A stretch of DNA of 34,130 nucleotides from a virus. Lineage: Duplodnaviria; Caudoviricetes. The stretch is from the IMG/VR virus record IMGVR_UViG_3300033067_001453, positions 1 through 34,130 of that record; one strand, 5' to 3'. The notes below the pieces were generated by a model. The model saw only the letters and a list, made by a program, of their open reading frames with translations. It was not told the origin of the DNA and did not search any database. This document shows positions 33,573-34,130 of this stretch, piece by piece. Position numbers and translations under genes: made by a program. Numbering within the stretch: position 1 is the first letter of the stretch; each line of letters begins with the position of its first letter.

Positions 33573-34130
33573 TTAAGTACCAGTAAGGCCAATGACAATG
33601 CCATTTTTTACTTGGATTGATGTGATAACTGTAAAAGGGCCTGCGGTAACACCTACTGATCCAGATGCGCTGTACCCGCCAGCATCCACAGATCCATACC
33701 CAGTGCTTCCGTCAGTCACTTTAAGTGCCGATGCCGAAACACGTTTGATGCCAGAATCTCGTGTGCCATTCAAGTCTCCATTGGTCCAAATAAGAGACAC
33801 TGAATAGGGTAAAACAAGTCCGTTTCCTCCCCATACCCCGACAGTGGGTCCATTGTTCGACCCCAATTCGAGAAATCCAAAGCCAGAGGTTGAGATGTAA
33901 TTGCCCGAAGCTTCGCGAATGGTCAGTTTGCCGCTGGCGTTATATTTAAGCCAGTTGGTGCCATTGATGGCCAGTCGAAGAAGATCACCAGAAAAACCTG
34001 CTCCTGCATTGACTCCGATGGTGGTCCCGTTGGTGTTCCAGTTGGTGTTTGCTGTGGCTCCTGCGGGTTCAATCAAAAACAGCGGTTTGGTCGAGGTGCC
34101 TGTCCCACCTGCAAAGATGGCCCCGCTCAA
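33573..34130 (-). CDS. Tail fibre / virion protein C-terminus (5' end outside window)
   Basis: Gly/Thr/Asn-rich beta-type sequence ending IQVKNGIVIGLT; frame open to the window edge. Confidence 0.65.
   Translation of the reverse strand: MSGAIFAGGTGTSTKPLFLIEPAGATANTNWNTNGTTIGVNAGAGFSGDLLRLAINGTNWLKYNASGKLTIREASGNYISTSGFGFLELGSNNGPTVGVWGGNGLVLPYSVSLIWTNGDLNGTRDSGIKRVSASALKVTDGSTGYGSVDAGGYSASGSVGVTAGPFTVITSIQVKNGIVIGLTGT

Overview
A ~34 kb piece of a tailed dsDNA phage genome; no integrase, CRISPR array, rRNA or tRNA was seen. There are four blocks. (1) 1-5482, minus strand: small genes, a UDG-like protein, a YodC-like protein, an HNH endonuclease and a probable small terminase. (2) 5483-6139: AT-rich non-coding divergence point with an inverted repeat (candidate origin). 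(3) 6140-31056, plus strand: an early region of small genes separated by repeated stem-loops and one type II hammerhead ribozyme in front of an ArdA-like anti-restriction gene, followed by an APSE/BPP-1-type replication module (primase-helicase, DUF2800 nuclease, DUF2815 SSB, family A DNA polymerase, VRR-NUC, SNF2 helicase) with accessory genes. (4) 31040-34130, minus strand: GH108 endolysin, lipoprotein, alpha/beta hydrolase, holin-like protein and a tail-fibre end. The most striking signal is that ten unrelated, mostly DNA-acting proteins end in the same C-terminal peptide (consensus D-P-L-[AED]-[GD]-[VI]-[WF]-stop), encoded with different synonymous codons, which suggests a phage-wide docking or sorting tag. 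Also notable are a recombination scar that stacked two alternative cargo genes between VRR-NUC and SNF2, and several structured non-coding elements. Family calls come from motif recognition by eye, not from database searches.
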